A DNA stretch of 43,172 nt, from sequence record SRR20825010_2901. One strand, given 5' to 3'. The position numbers and the translations under genes were made by a program. Each line of letters begins with the position of its first letter. Position 1 is the stretch's first letter. The notes under the pieces were generated by a model. The model was not told the origin of the DNA, searched no databases, and saw nothing but the letters and a program-made list of their open reading frames with translations. Shown piece after piece: positions 16,401 through 25,150 of the stretch.

Positions 16401-18548
16401 GAACTGGCGCTTGACGTATCTGAAGCATTGGATGAAAGCCAACAGGACCTCCTATGTAATAAAGGACGGCTACAGGTAGAATTCAGAAAGAACCTGCAAC
16501 AAATGAGCAATGACATGGGAAAAGTAGATGTAAACCATCTCATTGAAAAAAAATCCAGAAAGAGCGGGTATTACAAGGGTGTTGCTAACAAGGCGGGCAA
16601 TTTTCCGGAAGACTTTGAGCTTCGTATCAAAACCATGCTCAATATGGTAACCATGGAACTTGCTGTGAATGCTACGAAAAACAGACTGGAGGCCGTACAT
16701 GAAGAGCATAAAGAGAAAATCAGGCAGTCAATTAAATCAAACTACTTCCGCCAGCTTGATGCTGTTATCAAAACCATAGGTACCAAAAACGACAAATCGG
16801 AAAAGCAAAAATTTGATCCTGTTTTCGAAAGCGAATTGCAGGAATCCTTCGACGAGCACCATGAGCGAATGATACAACTGGTCGAAGACCTACCTGAAAG
16901 CTCAGAAGTGTATTCCATACATCAGGATCATAAGCAGCAGGAAATAGAAACTTTGTCAATACCAGTGGCCCGCATGGCAGAGCATTATGTGAAAACGCAA
17001 TACACTTCCCCTTCAGTGGAAGCATTCGATAGCCTTATTGATTTCTTAAAAAGGTCGGTGTACACTTCACAGGATATCATCAACCTCACACATTTTAATT
17101 TTGAAAACGTAAAAGACGGTAACTCGGAACTGACTCTTGAGGAAATAATTAAAGATTGCGTAACAAAATTGAAACGGGAAAAAGAATTCACTGAGGACAA
17201 AATCAGACAATATGAATCGCTGATTGGAGGCCAGTTTGACAAAATCTTCGAACCCCTTCACATTATGCGCATTGAAGAAAGTGCTGGTGAATTTACGTCC
17301 AGTCTGCGAACCTATCAGGGTAAGCAAGTCATCACCAGCATTGGCGATGTGTTCGAGCAGGCCGGTTTGCTCTCGCAAAAATTAATCACCCGTTTGTTTT
17401 ATAGCCGCAGCGAAGGAATACTGATGGCCAAACGTCTTAATAAAGGAGAAAATGCCACTTCCATAAACAGCAAACTACTGGACCTGGTGGATCAGCTAAG
17501 CCCCAAAAAGGAAGTACTCACTTCGCTACCTCCCTACTACATTACACTCTACAATGGGAAATCAAGTATCGGTAAAGATTTTTGGGTCAAACGAAAGCAG
17601 GAAGAACAGGTATTCAGGAAGGCTTTCAAGCGTCATCAGGCGGGATTTGCTGGGGGTATTCTAGTATTAGGCGAACGCAACTCTGGTAAAACCGCATTTG
17701 CTCGTCATATGTCTCAGCAGTTTGGCAAAAGCCTAAGTGTATTTTCCGTTTTTCCTCCAGTAAATGGAACCAGCACCATGGAAGGATTCAATTCGGCCGT
17801 CTCGAAAGCAACCAAACTGCATGGCCAAACCCACGAGATCCTGGCACGAATTCCATCGGGCAGCATACTGATTATTAATGATTTAGAGCTATTTTGGGAG
17901 CGATCCCAAAATGGTTTGGCAGTAATTCACAAGTTGGAAGAACTGATGGACACATTCGCGAATCGAATCCTTTTCGTGGTGAACCTCAACCCCCACGCCT
18001 ATAAACTCATCAACGAAATGACCAGTCTTAGCGATCACTTCATCGAGGTGATAAACATGCTCGCCTTTGATGCAGAAGAACTCAAAGATCTGGTACTTAA
18101 GCGTCACCAATCAAGCGGATTGTCCTTTGGTTACGATCGAGATCAGCCTCAACTGAGCGAAGTAAAAATAGCTGGTTTATTCAATGCATATTTCGATTAC
18201 AGCGACGGAAACCCCGGAACAGCCCTGAATGGATGGCTCTCGAATATCAAAAAAGCAAGTTCCGAAGGATTGCTGATTCAAAAACCGGACGCTCCTTCTT
18301 TGGCTGTATTCAAATCCTTAAACGAAGACTGGACCATGCTACTGATCCAGTTTGTACTGCATAAACGACTGACCAAAGAAAAAATCCGCCGAATAACATC
18401 GTGGAATGAGCGTGAGGTAGAAACCCTGTTACTCGCCATGTTGCGATCGGGAATTGTTGCAGAAAAAGCCACAGGCGTGTTTCACATTGCGCCTTACGTA
18501 CTCCCATTTATGATCGAGGCATTCAAAGGAAGAGAGGTACTGGCATGA
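13482..18548 (+). CDS. SLC12/cation-chloride cotransporter-like APC permease fused to a long helical region, P-loop ATPase and winged-helix-like tail
   Basis: 'FGTFGGVFVPSILTILGVIMYLR', 'GGTYYMISRSLG', 'FFPAVTG...G.SMSGDLKDP', 'NWRPNI', 'IDIWW'. Walker A GERNSGKT at about aa 1397 and Walker B-like ILIINDLE. Confidence 0.9.
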   Translation: MAKSNKFGTFGGVFVPSILTILGVIMYLRLPMIVGEAGLWATIGIIVVAHIISVTTGLSVSSIATDRKVEAGGTYYMISRSLGLPIGGTLGLALFVGLSFSVSLYLIGFSESFLGYWGFSTEINNIRLTGTIILLAVTTLTFISTSLAIKTQYFILVAILLSLGSIFLGNHDYTPEAPVFSNPGSTIPLMVLFGIFFPAVTGFEAGVSMSGDLKDPKKSIPGGSIMAIGVGFVVYIGLAFFFAYTVSGTALASDSQVLLNISWIPELVIAGIWGATLSSALGSILGAPRILQATAVDKISPKIFAAGYGATNEPRNALLLTFVIAEAGILIGQLDVIARIVSIFFITTYGFLNISAAFERWTSADFRPEFKVSGWISLIGALACILVMIQLDIVAMIGAIVLLGLLFLYLKRKELTLDSGDAWSGVWAALVKTGLTNLMEDKLHKRNWRPNIIMFSGNPATRHHMVHMGKAIAGKLGILSAFELVKSEDKVLAKTESNLAKDKDAIGYFQRKLYCRDIYEGMDQIARVYGFSGVEPNTVLMGWSKQPTNKEKFIELIGGLSQSRFNTLFLNYNHENAYGSSQSIDIWWAGTGRNLAFSINLLRQITNSPIWKKAKVRVLIINPKNAEAENIYKATKLILDNFRFDAEIRIVNNEMDPLPENEIIGVESGSTDLVILGLPDKRFRQLDKYYEDVNCILDGIGSTLIVNASEDFEDFEVLVNGKSKTGNQKGDPVNLELPDMIPSLYEEINYDIRKVDENGQKVLALFFKKSLQPVLEDNTSILKELDEQLDTIRQELDKIKNTPESYKRKKAIDRLKNDVYFKINALLNEELKTILLPKQALKLEDGLTWYLQRLQDDFRKYPKHLKIAHDKEIFKINKEDRLGLRLLKRSKRFKHFFVGQPITQKIAYREVARYYQLNTRFVFLEHFLSRFLEERLAFYKRLRNITASISNQLELIDRKIWLDHTDWELTILNELALDVSEALDESQQDLLCNKGRLQVEFRKNLQQMSNDMGKVDVNHLIEKKSRKSGYYKGVANKAGNFPEDFELRIKTMLNMVTMELAVNATKNRLEAVHEEHKEKIRQSIKSNYFRQLDAVIKTIGTKNDKSEKQKFDPVFESELQESFDEHHERMIQLVEDLPESSEVYSIHQDHKQQEIETLSIPVARMAEHYVKTQYTSPSVEAFDSLIDFLKRSVYTSQDIINLTHFNFENVKDGNSELTLEEIIKDCVTKLKREKEFTEDKIRQYESLIGGQFDKIFEPLHIMRIEESAGEFTSSLRTYQGKQVITSIGDVFEQAGLLSQKLITRLFYSRSEGILMAKRLNKGENATSINSKLLDLVDQLSPKKEVLTSLPPYYITLYNGKSSIGKDFWVKRKQEEQVFRKAFKRHQAGFAGGILVLGERNSGKTAFARHMSQQFGKSLSVFSVFPPVNGTSTMEGFNSAVSKATKLHGQTHEILARIPSGSILIINDLELFWERSQNGLAVIHKLEELMDTFANRILFVVNLNPHAYKLINEMTSLSDHFIEVINMLAFDAEELKDLVLKRHQSSGLSFGYDRDQPQLSEVKIAGLFNAYFDYSDGNPGTALNGWLSNIKKASSEGLLIQKPDAPSLAVFKSLNEDWTMLLIQFVLHKRLTKEKIRRITSWNEREVETLLLAMLRSGIVAEKATGVFHIAPYVLPFMIEAFKGREVLA

Positions 18549-18868
18549 AATGGAGAATTATCGGATGGAATCCGCTGAAATTATTGAAAGGACAAAACCT
18601 AAGCGAAAAACCTTTGGAAGAAAAAAGTAGATCAGGGGTGATCGAATATTCTTTCTCGTGCGAATTCCCGAAGGATGCTACCATTACTCTAAAGGATTTA
18701 AAATTAGTGATATTACAAAACCCATGGGTGATCACATCAACACCTCCTCTGGTAACCAGTCAGTCAAAAGAACAGAACACCGACTTGCTCAAAATATCAT
18801 TTCTGGCAATAAGTGAGTCAAAAGCAAAGTTGGTAGAAGAGCAAATCAGGCATCTTATAGTTCAATAG
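18545..18868 (+). CDS. Small hypothetical protein, possibly resembling an MscS C-terminal domain
   Basis: ATGA-coupled to the SLC12 fusion. Alpha/beta pattern '..ILQNPWV....P.V'. The family guess is inference. Confidence 0.6.
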   Translation: MKWRIIGWNPLKLLKGQNLSEKPLEEKSRSGVIEYSFSCEFPKDATITLKDLKLVILQNPWVITSTPPLVTSQSKEQNTDLLKISFLAISESKAKLVEEQIRHLIVQ

Positions 18869-18989
18869 TAAAATTAAAAATCAGTCAATAAGCGCCCAAA
18901 TCGTGTCAAAACAACTTCAAATTGCGTTACATTTTTATATCTACGTTCGTTGAATGTTCCCTTTACAAAGCAATTAAAAACAGTAAAAA

Positions 18990-20087
18990 ATGAAAAAGCT
19001 ACTCGTACTTACAGGTGGAGGCGACTGCCCGGGATTGAATGCGGTTATACGCGGTATCGTAAAACGATCGCTACAGGAAAAAGACTGGAAGGTATATGGC
19101 AGTATTGAGGCCTACCATGGTGTTTTGCGCAATCCCATGGAAATTGTTGAATTGGATAATGCCAAAGTTGCTGGGATACACGTGAAGGGCGGCACCATCA
19201 TCAAAACCACGACCAAAGGTGACCCCTTCCATTACCCCGTTCTCCAAAAAGACGGTAGCTATATTGAAGAAGATGTTTCCGATGAATTGATCAGCAGAAT
19301 CAAATCACTCGGTATAGATGCTGTCATAAGTATTGGTGGAGATGGTAGCCAGCGATTCTCCCAATTGCTTTTTGAAAAAGGCTTACCAGTTATAGGTGTT
19401 CCTAAGACCATAGATAATGACTTGTCGGCCACTGATTTTACGTTCGGATTTCAAACGGCAGTAGAAGTGGCCACTGATGCCGTGGACAAACTGGTGACAA
19501 CAGCAGAAAGTCATCACCGAGTACTTATACTGGAGGTGATGGGCAGGGATGCCGGGTGGATTGCGCTCCATACGGCGATTGCCGGAGGCGTGGAAGTTTG
19601 TCTAATCCCTGAGATTCCATATGATATAAACAAGGTAGTAGAACGGATTAACGATCGCTACAAGAATGGGAAGGGCTTTGCCAACATTGTAATCGCTGAA
19701 GGTGCTAAACCTATAGGCGGTGATGCCCTGGAAACAGAAAGCGATGAGGTGGGCTATCAGATGAAACGTCTGGGCGGAGTGGCTTACCTGCTCAGTCATC
19801 AAATGAAAAAGGCGGGCTGCCCCGCAGATATCAGAGAAATGGTATTGGGTCACCTTCAAAGAGGTGGCACTCCCATAGCCTTCGATCGGATATTGTCTAC
19901 TGCTTTTGGTGTGAAAGCCTTTGAAATGGCTTTAGATGGTAAATTCGGTAAAATGGTTGTATACAAAAACAACGACTATCTGGAGGTGCCGCTGAGTGAT
20001 GCTACAGGAACCTACAACTACGTTGATCCAAAAACCTCCTTTTTGGTAAAAACAGCAAGAGGAGTTGGGATCTCATTTGGTGACTAG
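18990..20087 (+). CDS. pfkA: 6-phosphofructokinase (group III type)
   Basis: TGGGDCPGLN, GGDGS, PKTIDND, EVMGR and LGHLQRGG. Confidence 0.95.
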   Translation: MKKLLVLTGGGDCPGLNAVIRGIVKRSLQEKDWKVYGSIEAYHGVLRNPMEIVELDNAKVAGIHVKGGTIIKTTTKGDPFHYPVLQKDGSYIEEDVSDELISRIKSLGIDAVISIGGDGSQRFSQLLFEKGLPVIGVPKTIDNDLSATDFTFGFQTAVEVATDAVDKLVTTAESHHRVLILEVMGRDAGWIALHTAIAGGVEVCLIPEIPYDINKVVERINDRYKNGKGFANIVIAEGAKPIGGDALETESDEVGYQMKRLGGVAYLLSHQMKKAGCPADIREMVLGHLQRGGTPIAFDRILSTAFGVKAFEMALDGKFGKMVVYKNNDYLEVPLSDATGTYNYVDPKTSFLVKTARGVGISFGD

Positions 20088-20103
20088 AGCTTAGCTCCCA
20101 CCG

Positions 20104-20137
20104 AGTCCTTTCAATTGCCATTTGAGAGGGCTTTTTT
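20104..20137 (+). terminator. Intrinsic terminator after pfkA
   Basis: AGTCCTTTCAA / TTGAGAGGGCT stem (with G-U pairs) followed by a T run, between convergent genes. Confidence 0.6.
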
Positions 20138-20153
20138 GCCTAACCCGACTATC

Positions 20154-21185
20154 TTAAAAATGCTTCCAACCTTGAGCTTGCAAAGCAACCGTGTTGTTGT
20201 TCCTAGTTACCATCACTTTCCCTTTTTCCACCTCGTGCATGTAGCCAATGGTGTGAATGTCCGCATGATTTTTGATTTTCTCAAACTCGGATTGTGGAAT
20301 AGTGAAAAGTAGCTCATAGTCCTCACCTCCATTCATCACGCAGGTATTCGGGTCAATACTGAATTCCGCTGCGGTCTCATAGGTTTCTTTGTCTATGGGC
20401 AGTTTGTCTTCATAGACAGCCACTCCAAGATTGGATTGTTTGCAGATATGAAAAATTTCCGATGCAAGCCCATCCGAAATATCAATCATAGATGTAGGGA
20501 CTATTCCGAGCGTTTCCAACTCGTGTATGATGTCCATTCTGGCTTTCGGCTTTAACTGGCGTCCCACCACATACGGGTAATTATCCAACTTCGGCTGCAT
20601 GTTTGGGTTGGCGACAAATTCCGCCTTTTCTCTAGCCAACACCTGAAGCCCAACATAGGCCCCTCCTAAATCGCCCGTCACACAAAGAATATCTTTGTTC
20701 TGAGCCGTGTTTCTATAGGTTATCTTATCCGCAGTGGTTGTGCCCATCACGGATATGGAAATGACCAACCCGGCTTTGGAAGACGTAGTATCTCCTCCGA
20801 CCAAATCGACATTATAGGCCTCACAAGCCGCATGAATCCCTTCATAAAGCGCTTCCACTGCTTCCACTGAAAAGCGGTTACTCAGGCCCAATCCAACAGT
20901 CACTTGTTTTGGAATACCATTCATAGCAGCTATGTCAGAAACGTTTACAGATATGGCTTTGTAACCCAAATGTTGTAATGGAGCGTAAGACAAGTCGAAA
21001 TGAACACCTTCCAGTAGCATATCAGTAGAAAGCAAAATCAATTCATCACCCGATGCATATACTGCAGCATCGTCACCAATACTTTTGATGGTTTTTTCAT
21101 TGTACTTAATTGCCTTGCTCGCTAGCCGGTCAATCAGCCCAAACTCACCAATCTCACCGATTTCTGTTCTCTTTTCTTCGCTCAT
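20154..21185 (-). CDS. thiL: Thiamine-monophosphate kinase
   Basis: GEFGLI, IGDDAA, NVSDIAAM, GGDTT, DISDGL and GGEDYELLF. Confidence 0.97.
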   Translation of the reverse strand: MSEEKRTEIGEIGEFGLIDRLASKAIKYNEKTIKSIGDDAAVYASGDELILLSTDMLLEGVHFDLSYAPLQHLGYKAISVNVSDIAAMNGIPKQVTVGLGLSNRFSVEAVEALYEGIHAACEAYNVDLVGGDTTSSKAGLVISISVMGTTTADKITYRNTAQNKDILCVTGDLGGAYVGLQVLAREKAEFVANPNMQPKLDNYPYVVGRQLKPKARMDIIHELETLGIVPTSMIDISDGLASEIFHICKQSNLGVAVYEDKLPIDKETYETAAEFSIDPNTCVMNGGEDYELLFTIPQSEFEKIKNHADIHTIGYMHEVEKGKVMVTRNNNTVALQAQGWKHF

Positions 21186-21211
21186 AAATTCTTATTAAAA
21201 TGACGTTATCC

Positions 21212-21616
21212 TTACGCCTTAATTTGCTGACACAATTCCACCAACACTCCATTGGTTGATCTTGGATGAAGGAAGCATACCAGCTTATTGTCTGCTCCCT
21301 TTTTTGGCTCTGCATTTAGCAATTCAAAACCTTCCCCACTCAATCGCTTCATTTCGGCATGAATATCATCCACTTCAAAGGCGATGTGATGAATGCCTTC
21401 CCCTTTTTTGGTAATGAATTTTGAAATTGCCCCTTCTCCTTCAACAGCTTCCAATAGCTCTATTTTATTTGGCCCTACCTGAAAAAAGGCAGTAGAAACA
21501 TGCTCAGATTCCACTTTTTCTGTTTTGTAGGCTTGCTCACCGAAGAGCTTACCAAAAAGCGCATTCGCCTCGTTCAAATCTTTCACTGCTATGCCAATGT
21601 GTTCGATACGTACCAT
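21212..21616 (-). CDS. mce: Methylmalonyl-CoA epimerase
   Basis: HIGIAV, IELLE, GIHHIAF and FLHP...GVLVELCQ. Confidence 0.95.
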   Translation of the reverse strand: MVRIEHIGIAVKDLNEANALFGKLFGEQAYKTEKVESEHVSTAFFQVGPNKIELLEAVEGEGAISKFITKKGEGIHHIAFEVDDIHAEMKRLSGEGFELLNAEPKKGADNKLVCFLHPRSTNGVLVELCQQIKA

Positions 21617-21756
21617 GATCTGCTCTTTGTGTAGTAGTTTTGCAAAAATGAGGAAACTTTTACTCGTATTGAAAGGTTTCCTGTGTTGATATGATGAATC
21701 ACGCAGTGCTGTGAGGCCTGACGTGATAATAGAATAGACTAAAAGCCATCAGTGAT

Positions 21757-22083
21757 ATGATAAGCGTAACAGAAAAAGCAAAGGAAAGATTAACCGTTTT
21801 AAGACAAGAGGAAGGACATACTCCGAGCCACAATGTTCGCGTCGCAGTAAAAGGCGGAGGTTGTTCCGGTCTTATGTACGACCTATTATTTGATGACAAG
21901 CTATCAGATAGTGATCAGGTGTTCGAAGACAGGGGCGTGAAAGTAATTGTGGATAAGAAAAGTTTGCTGTATCTGATTGGGACCACCCTCGACTTTTCAG
22001 ATGGGCTCAATGGAAAAGGATTTCAGTTTGTAAACCCGAATGCGAGTCGAACCTGTGGATGTGGAGAAAGCTTCTCGATCTAA
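21757..22083 (+). CDS. iscA: Iron-sulfur cluster assembly accessory protein (IscA/HesB family)
   Basis: GGCSG and C-terminal [14 protein letters not shown]. Confidence 0.95.
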   Translation: MISVTEKAKERLTVLRQEEGHTPSHNVRVAVKGGGCSGLMYDLLFDDKLSDSDQVFEDRGVKVIVDKKSLLYLIGTTLDFSDGLNGKGFQFVNPNASRTCGCGESFSI

Positions 22084-22105
22084 TCAGAAAAACAATAAAG
22101 CCGTT

Positions 22106-22133
22106 TAAAGCCACACAATTGTGGCTTTATTTA
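22106..22133 (+). terminator. Intrinsic terminator after iscA
   Basis: TAAAGCCACA-caat-TGTGGCTTTA followed by T-rich sequence. Confidence 0.7.
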
Positions 22134-22312
22134 TGTCCTTTAATATTTCAAATATCGCCTAGACACTTAATCCAATAGAATCTTAAAAGATTCATATTTG
22201 ATCGCCCAATAAGCCCCTTACTTTTAACAATAATCTGAAATAATCCACTTTTTATCGAAATTCCGATAATTCGGACTGCATTATTTGCTATATTGAAGTT
22301 AAAATTAACAAC

Positions 22313-22489
22313 ATGAAAACATTGGGAATCCTAGGGGTTACAATTCTTGCTCCGCTTGCGGCTTTATTCTTTATTCTTACCATTATATGGAAAACATTCG
22401 AAGCGTTAACTGAATATTTGTTTCATTCTGAACGTGGGGTTCAAAACGAATCCGTTCCAATGAAACTAGATAAGTCCTCTTCGGAATAA
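22313..22489 (+). CDS. Small 58-aa single-TM protein (below the ORF-track cutoff)
   Basis: MKTLGILGVTILAPLAALFFILTIIWKTFEALTEYLFHSERGVQNESVPMKLDKSSSE, preceded by the A-rich leader AAAATTAACAAC. Confidence 0.6.
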   Translation: MKTLGILGVTILAPLAALFFILTIIWKTFEALTEYLFHSERGVQNESVPMKLDKSSSE

Positions 22490-22702
22490 GGTCTTTTTCT
22501 ATTAATTGACGCGACCTGAACACACCTGGTCGGTGTTCTACTATTCACTTCTCAGTACGCTTCTTTCACCTTTATCCTTTGTATATAGCACATTGTTTGA
22601 CCGATTATTTCAGCGCATCGGCCAAAGTCCTTGACGATCCCTTGTTCTAATCCCTTAGTGTTAGTAATATAGCGTCTCAGGTAACCCTTTATACAAAGCC
22701 AG

Positions 22703-23446
22703 ATGCTACGATCCCTCTCACTGCTCCTAATCTTATCTCTTTTTTCATGCGATCAAATCAAGAAATACACGAGCGAAAATGCCGATTCCGAAACGGAAGA
22801 CACAGGGATAATTAAGAAATACCATGCAAATGGCAAACTAAAAAGCATCTATGAACTAAACGAGCTAAAACAGAAACACGGCGAATCCAAATTCTACAAT
22901 GAGAAAGGTATCATCACCAAAAGTTTTGTTTACGAGAATAACGAAAAGTTAAAGGCAGTTCAATACTACGAAAATGGTAATGCGCTCTTAGAGATCAACT
23001 ATAAAAATGACGTAAAAGATGGCCCACTGAGAAGGTTCTACGAAAACGGACAAATGGAATCAGAAATCATCTATCGTGATAATTACCCAGGGGCAGGCCT
23101 TAAAGAATACAGTAAATCGGGCAAACTTCGAACCCACTACCCTTCTCTGGTTGTGAAGCCGATTGATCAACTGGCCACTACTGGCAAATACATCATTCAG
23201 GTGTATTTTGATGAACAGGCCGGACGAGGCACTTACTACGTCGGCGAACTGACAGATGGTGTATTCATGAACTATAAACTCAATAAAATGGAGGAATCCA
23301 ATTATAGGGGCCAGTTAATACTACAACCACCTCCTGGTATGATTCTGATGGAAAAGCTTCACTTTGTCGGAGAGTTTAAAACACCGACCGGAAATAAATA
23401 CATTGTTGAAAAAACCTTCAATCTCGCCCTAGACAATATTTATTAG
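22703..23446 (+). CDS. MORN-variant repeat (YwqK-like) lipoprotein
   Basis: Lipobox LFS-C; repeats YHANGKL, FYNEKG, YYENGN, FYENGQ and YSKSGK. Confidence 0.8.
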   Translation: MLRSLSLLLILSLFSCDQIKKYTSENADSETEDTGIIKKYHANGKLKSIYELNELKQKHGESKFYNEKGIITKSFVYENNEKLKAVQYYENGNALLEINYKNDVKDGPLRRFYENGQMESEIIYRDNYPGAGLKEYSKSGKLRTHYPSLVVKPIDQLATTGKYIIQVYFDEQAGRGTYYVGELTDGVFMNYKLNKMEESNYRGQLILQPPPGMILMEKLHFVGEFKTPTGNKYIVEKTFNLALDNIY

Positions 23447-25020
23447 TCCGCATTCGTATTGAGCATGTATTTACGCATGCGAAGTTCCTGACTGTCTGGG
23501 GCATATTGCAAGCCGGTTGTGAGCACACTACGAGCCGATGAATACCTACCCAACCTGAAATAATAGACCACTCCTTTCGAATAGGCTCTGCCTACTTCAT
23601 ATTCACTGAAGCTTGCTCCCGGGTTCTCCGACACATGCTTTTCAAATTTCTCCTTGTATTCTGTTGCCGCCGAAGGCTTTCGATTGTCAAAGTTGGTGGC
23701 CATACCGTCCAAATAAAGCGACAAGAGCAACTTCGAGATATGCCCATTGGTGATTAGACCAGGGTAGTTCGAATACAGGGATTCTATCAGCTTTAAACCT
23801 TCATCGGTATTTACACTTTTAGAAACAAGCATGTTATTGATGTTCCCCGAGAGTAGGTTTTCCGCATCCGCATTGCCAGGCTGAGCCGCATAGGCCTTTT
23901 CAGCAAATGGTTGGGCATCCCGATAACTCGCCCTGTTGTACAACAACCTTCCACGCTCGTAATTATAAATGAAATTCAACTCGCTGACAGACTCCTCTTT
24001 CATCATATTTGGAACTAGCATTTCGAAAGCCCTGCGCGCATAAACCGTATCGTTTCTTTTGACCAGACTTAGATTGAGCAGACGCCCGAATTCCTGAACC
24101 ACTTCCGCTTCGGTGATCTCCTCATCAGCAAAGAGCGGTAGGAAAGAAAGAATTTCTATGTCCGTGATTTCCGTATAATCGGATTTGGACACATGGCTGA
24201 TACATGCGAGCAATGCTGTTTTGTTTATCCGTTCATAAGGATAGAGGTAATGAGCCTTTTGAAGTGAAGAGAACGCAGCGTAATAATCCTTAGTGTCAAG
24301 CTTTTCTATGCCCTGATTGTAATACTGAATACCCGTCAACTGCTTCAAGTCCAGGTCGATTTTGGTGAAATAGTACTTGTCAAAAACGGTATTTACACCG
24401 CTCGACAACTCTGAAATATCAATCAACTTACTGGTGGTTAGAAGGGATACAAACCCTTCCTTGAAACCGGGACTGAAGGTCATATAACCTGATACAGGAT
24501 CTGTTGTTTCGATAACTATCTGATAGGAATCGGGATACGTGATAATGTAAACATGCGACGGTGTTTCCTTTATGGTGTAGGGAATGCCTATCTCGTCGAA
24601 AACCAGTGCATAAATGGCACAGGCCGTCACACAGTTATAAACCCCGTTTTCAAATATCTGATGAAAATAGGCGTTGGTCTCGTATTTCCGAAGAAAGGTA
24701 TCGTGAACAAAGTCATAAACGACTTTTACATATTTTTCATCCTTCTTAGGTCGTTTGATTGCCCGAAGCTCCGCTATTTTATGATCAAAAAAATCCTTCC
24801 ATTTGACCACATCAAGGGAATCAAAATCACTGAGAACCATAAAGCCTGAAAAATAATCCCCTTCCAAAGTATGGTTAAATAAGTCCCGTTCGAAATTGGA
24901 GGAAAACTTCAAATCGGACGACTTAAACAGGGAGTCCTGAGTGCTTTGGCAAAACACCTCACCAAGTAAAAATTGAAGACAAATAAAACAGAGAATACGC
25001 AGGAACATAGATTGAATCAT
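23443..25020 (-). CDS. Exported protein with a transglutaminase-like core and TPR-like helical repeats
   Basis: Signal peptide after ATG 25020 (or 25008). 'GVYNCVTACAIY..V...GIP......PSHVY....IVIETT' followed by YYNQG and YNYERG TPR-like segments. Confidence 0.7.
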   Translation of the reverse strand: MIQSMFLRILCFICLQFLLGEVFCQSTQDSLFKSSDLKFSSNFERDLFNHTLEGDYFSGFMVLSDFDSLDVVKWKDFFDHKIAELRAIKRPKKDEKYVKVVYDFVHDTFLRKYETNAYFHQIFENGVYNCVTACAIYALVFDEIGIPYTIKETPSHVYIITYPDSYQIVIETTDPVSGYMTFSPGFKEGFVSLLTTSKLIDISELSSGVNTVFDKYYFTKIDLDLKQLTGIQYYNQGIEKLDTKDYYAAFSSLQKAHYLYPYERINKTALLACISHVSKSDYTEITDIEILSFLPLFADEEITEAEVVQEFGRLLNLSLVKRNDTVYARRAFEMLVPNMMKEESVSELNFIYNYERGRLLYNRASYRDAQPFAEKAYAAQPGNADAENLLSGNINNMLVSKSVNTDEGLKLIESLYSNYPGLITNGHISKLLLSLYLDGMATNFDNRKPSAATEYKEKFEKHVSENPGASFSEYEVGRAYSKGVVYYFRLGRYSSARSVLTTGLQYAPDSQELRMRKYMLNTNAD

Positions 25021-25150
25021 CTTGAGGGTTGAAAATAGAGAAAACCATCCACTTTTCAAGCCGTTGCAATCAAAAACCTTCAAAATACAACTCTTGACTT
25101 GAATTCGATAATTTCCTAAATTCAGGGCACTTAACCATCCTACCCAAACA

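Noticed and set aside
22703-23446. YwqK-type 'antitoxin' interpretation of the MORN-repeat protein
   Set aside because: It is a lipoprotein with no adjacent toxin gene, and the repeat family is widespread outside TA systems.
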